DNA from: Phallusia mammillata
Lineage: Eukaryota
Length of the DNA: 64,000 nucleotides
Assembly (NCBI GenBank): GCA_965637545.1
Contig: OZ281501.1
Span: 8,308,001-8,372,000, forward strand
Direction of reading: 5' to 3'
Made by a program: the position numbers and the translations under genes. The stretch's first letter is position 1. The number at the start of each line of letters is the position of its first letter. The notes beneath the pieces were generated by a model, which saw only the letters and a program-made list of their open reading frames with translations, was not told the origin of the DNA and did not search any database. Below, piece by piece: positions 60,311 through 64,000 of this stretch.

Positions 60311-63300
60311 TTACAGCACATGCTTATAGTTCTTTCTTCGAAAAAACAAAGTTCGTCGACATTTGTAACCCCAGAACAGACATAGTGCACCGCCAACTGA
60401 AACAAGCCAAATTACAACACAGAGATTTAAGTCAATTTGACTAAAACCAAGCTGAAGACGAAAGCTACCAGTGATTGAACCAACACCTCGACGACCTATA
60501 ATGTTGGATCCAAGTGCACGAGGATGGAACGGATGTTTATCATTATTTTCATGGTGATTTCCATTGTAGCTTGATTGAGCATTTTGGAGTCTTGCTTCCC
60601 AGATCTCATTTTTAGTTTCTGGCAATTTGTCCTTTTTCTCAAACTGCAAAAATAACATAATTAAGTTTTGGTCTATATACACAAAGCAACATCAAAGCAT
60701 TTCAAACAGGTTTAAACAAATTCTAATAAACACGGCTAAGCTAAACCATAGATATTTTTTCAAAACAAATTTCAAACCAGAAGCCCAAAGCTGTTTAAAG
60801 CAAATAAATGCAGAAACAGAAATAAGCAAAGCATGTAAAACACTGCTTTATGCACTAAAAGTTAGTTTTCTATACTAAATGATTGGCGAATTAAACTACA
60901 GAAGCAAAAAGTTTTTGCAACTAAATAAAAAATTTACTAAACATAGTTGTTTCAATTAATATTGGACACAATAAAAGTAGTCATAAAAATTGAGCATTCC
61001 ATAAAGAAGTTATCATCACCATTTCTGTCAAACAATTGGTTTAAAAAGAAAATGTATCAAACCCTTGGAAGGACTGTAAATCTAGGATAAAACCAAAAAT
61101 ACAAATTGCGATGAAAGCATCTTTATTTGACCATAAGCAGTTAAATTTTACAGCAAAATTTGTTCCTGATAAGTGTACTTACAACTTAAAAAAAGCTTTT
61201 AAACGGGAAGCCTTGAGAAAAAAAACAATATGGCAGCTGTATTGTATTTGCTGACACACCACATTATACAACTCAATACATAAAACCACAGAACAGTTTC
61301 CCTTGTAAGATGGTAGTTCACCCTGGTAAAAACCTTCATCTTAAACCTGAATTAGAAAAAGAGAAAACTGTCTACTGATTTATTACATACACCGTTTTCC
61401 ATACCAACAACAGACATACATTTGTTCCTATATGTTAAATGGTTCCCTTCTTTTACCTGTTATTTAACAACATAATTGTTTTAGCATGAAGGAATAAATA
61501 GGTCCCCACATGGGTGTATATTTATAGGTTTAGACTATTGGTTCTCAACCTTTTTGCCTTTGCGGACCCGTTTTGGTACTGTCAAGCTAATCGCAGACCC
61601 CTTTGAAGGTTTTGGTATTGTTTGTCCTTTTTTTATTAAGCAACCCAAAAAAGGTGCAGATAATACCAACCACGTTTCGTCCAGGACCAAAATTTCAATC
61701 ACTTTGACTGGGTTGCGACATCGGAACTCAATAATAAAGAGCCATTACATTGTGATGTGACATTGTTTGCCACTGAAAATTTACCTATGTTGCATCACAA
61801 TGGGGTTAAAATGTCACAATGCATTTTGGTTTGTCGTGTATGAAGAACGATTTTAAAACAAGTTTCATGCTATTTTAAAACGCTGAGATATATTTTATAA
61901 ATAGCACTTTATCAATATCGTTGTCTGCAAAATTAGGAAGTTGTCGCGGACCCCCTGAAAACGCTTTGCGGACCCCTGGGGGTCCGCTGACCCCCGATTG
62001 AGAACCACTGGTTTAGACTTCAGATACAAGTGAAGCCCTTCACACATTTTACAATTCGGCCAAAAACGACAAAAACCAAGAAATTAAGCTATTACCAAAC
62101 TTTTGATGTATGTTTATTAGCATGTTTACCTTTTGGTATTAAATTTGAGACAGCCTCTCGATGAGTTTTGTTTCAATGAATTGTTTTTCAAAAACATTTT
62201 AATTTGAACCAACACTTTTGCAAATGAATACACATACAATATGGCTAAATCATATTGTTAGTTTTAGTGTTGAAGTATCTACTATCTACACTGGAGTACT
62301 ATACTATAATATCCAGTTCAAGTTGGCCATCAAAAAGCAACTAACTTCTACCGCCTCTAAACTTCTGCTTTTCTGAACGAATTATACCTCTTTAATCAAC
62401 TTTTTGGCTACAGGACGAACCAAGGCCTCAAGCAGCACACTTTCCACTTTTTTCTTTACTTCCACAGGCTTTGCAAATTCAACATCATTCCTTTGCAAGA
62501 TCTGTGGAACAATCTGGTCCTCTATATCAGATTCATATTCGTCTAGCTCTTGAATGTTGATTTTTTCTTGCTGAACAATAGGAGGGGGGATTTGGCCCAT
62601 TACTGGGACATCGAAATTCTCAGCTTCTGTTAACTTGGGTTCCACTGAATGTGGTATTAAGTTGTCCAAGTCAGCATCATCTTGTAGTTTAGCTAATACA
62701 GTTTCTGTTCCTGCTTCAGACAAAAAACTTTCATCAGTTGGGATTGCATTTCGTTGAACATTTTTTGTTAATTCTCCATGAGAAAGATTTGGGTTTAAAT
62801 ACTGTTGATCTGAATTGTCCCGGTTTTTCAAAGTAATGTTTTTAAAAACACGAGGAAGCAAAATTGGTATTTCTTGAGAATGATTTTGAGCTACAGGATT
62901 AGTAACTGGTGTAAGAGCAGAAATTTTATTGGCAGGTAGTTCCACCAGGTCAGATTCTGTTTCAAGATCTTTGTTTTCTAAAACTTGACTTGCATTTTGG
63001 GTTTCATTTGCTACTTCCGTGTGATTGGAAACAGCAGATTTGTGTGATTCAATTTCTGACTCTTCGGTAACTTGCTTTGTGGATAAAAAATCAGAATGGA
63101 ATTTTAAAAACAAGTTGAACTTAATGATTGACAATTTAAAGCACTACCAGTGTGTAATTAAAAAATGTAACAATTCTTCCTAAAACTCCTTAATTTTTTT
63201 TTTAATTTCATTTAAATTTAACAAAAAAAGTCATTTCGTGTATTTTTTACTGAGAAAAAACAAGATGGCTGTATTTACCTTTTTATCATCTTCGGTTAAA

Positions 63301-63911
63301 CTGACGTTGAAGTTTAAGTAATCCAGGGCCACATTGATCTGGGAGTACCTTGTGATGAGATATTGTGCAACATTGTTTTCTATCCATACCCTGTCAGCAG
63401 CGTAACAACTTGGACACATATCCATCGGTGGAAACTGGAGTTTTGGAAAAGCTGGGTCTTCTGTTGATGAGTTGGAATGTAACCTGCGGCAAAACTGATT
63501 TTTAAACATACAGATATTTCACATCAAGGATACGAAACACTGTAATGAGGAAAAGGGGCCTACAACACATAAGACATTGTTCAAAAATCACAGGTCAAAT
63601 CATCACAGGTGTATAACTGCAGTACTTACAATCTACTTCAATCAACAGATAAAATAGAGTTTGACTAGGGATTTAATTGAATTTGTACTTTTAAAGTACA
63701 AACATAGCTTTGAAGTACAAACATTGCCAACATGGATACCTTTCATTGACACTGTTGTGAATTCTCCATAACCACAGAACAGCACTGTAAGGACCAGTTG
63801 AACTGTTGTATGGCATTTGCTTAATTTCCTTCATGAAGTTAATCCGACATTCTCGGCAACCAAAGAAGTTTGTTATGTAAGCTGCCATAGCATTTGGAAC
63901 CAAACTTTGAT
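60311..63911 (-). CDS. QSOX: Sulfhydryl oxidase QSOX, 3' exons (Erv/ALR domain end, stalk, TM)
   Basis: Exons 63911-63740 (FFGCRECRINF, LWLWRIHNSVNER), 63483-63279 (EDPAFPKLQFPPMDMCPSC), 63074-62388 (acidic stalk), 60643-60311 (GFSQIDLNLCVVIWLVS TM, stop). The gene continues beyond the window end. Confidence 0.93.
61536..62010. mobile_element. hAT (Buster-type) MITE in a QSOX intron
   Basis: TATTGGTTCTCAACC / ATTGAGAACCACTG; perfect TSD GTTTAGAC; GCGGACCC subterminal repeats. Confidence 0.9.
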
Positions 63912-64000
63912 CTGAAAAAAAGAATAGACTAAAAATTATGTTCCTATTTTTCCAGAAGACATTTATATTTCCTAAACACTTTGACGCATCTCATCTTTGT

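Overview
AT-rich, intron-rich animal genomic DNA, probably an ascidian tunicate (inferred from gene content, short introns and repeats; not shown directly). Four spliced protein-coding genes were reconstructed by hand with consistent splice phases. (1) A Niban/FAM129-family gene (+, 5' end outside the window, to 13717). (2) A complete 41-exon crumbs gene (-, 48485-16737; exon lengths sum to 6309 nt, about 2102 aa). (3) A secreted Ly6/three-finger + 4 CCP + vWA protein gene (+, 50961-57424, about 614 aa), head-to-head with crumbs. (4) The 3' part of a QSOX sulfhydryl oxidase (-, to 60311). Also present: an intronic tRNA-Asn(GTT), nine complete hAT MITEs with 8-bp target-site duplications plus relics, and a Helentron-type (HINE/DINE-like) element with a 158-bp tandem array. 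The main finding is that the single crumbs locus appears to be a combinatorial isoform system. An internal signal-peptide first exon in intron 10 would give a shorter, vertebrate-like form without the N-terminal LamG. Splicing or retention of the last intron would give two different transmembrane + FERM-motif + ERLI tails, one lacking the aPKC target threonines. A furin-type RRRRR site lies in LamG2. All isoform claims are predictions from sequence and need transcript evidence.
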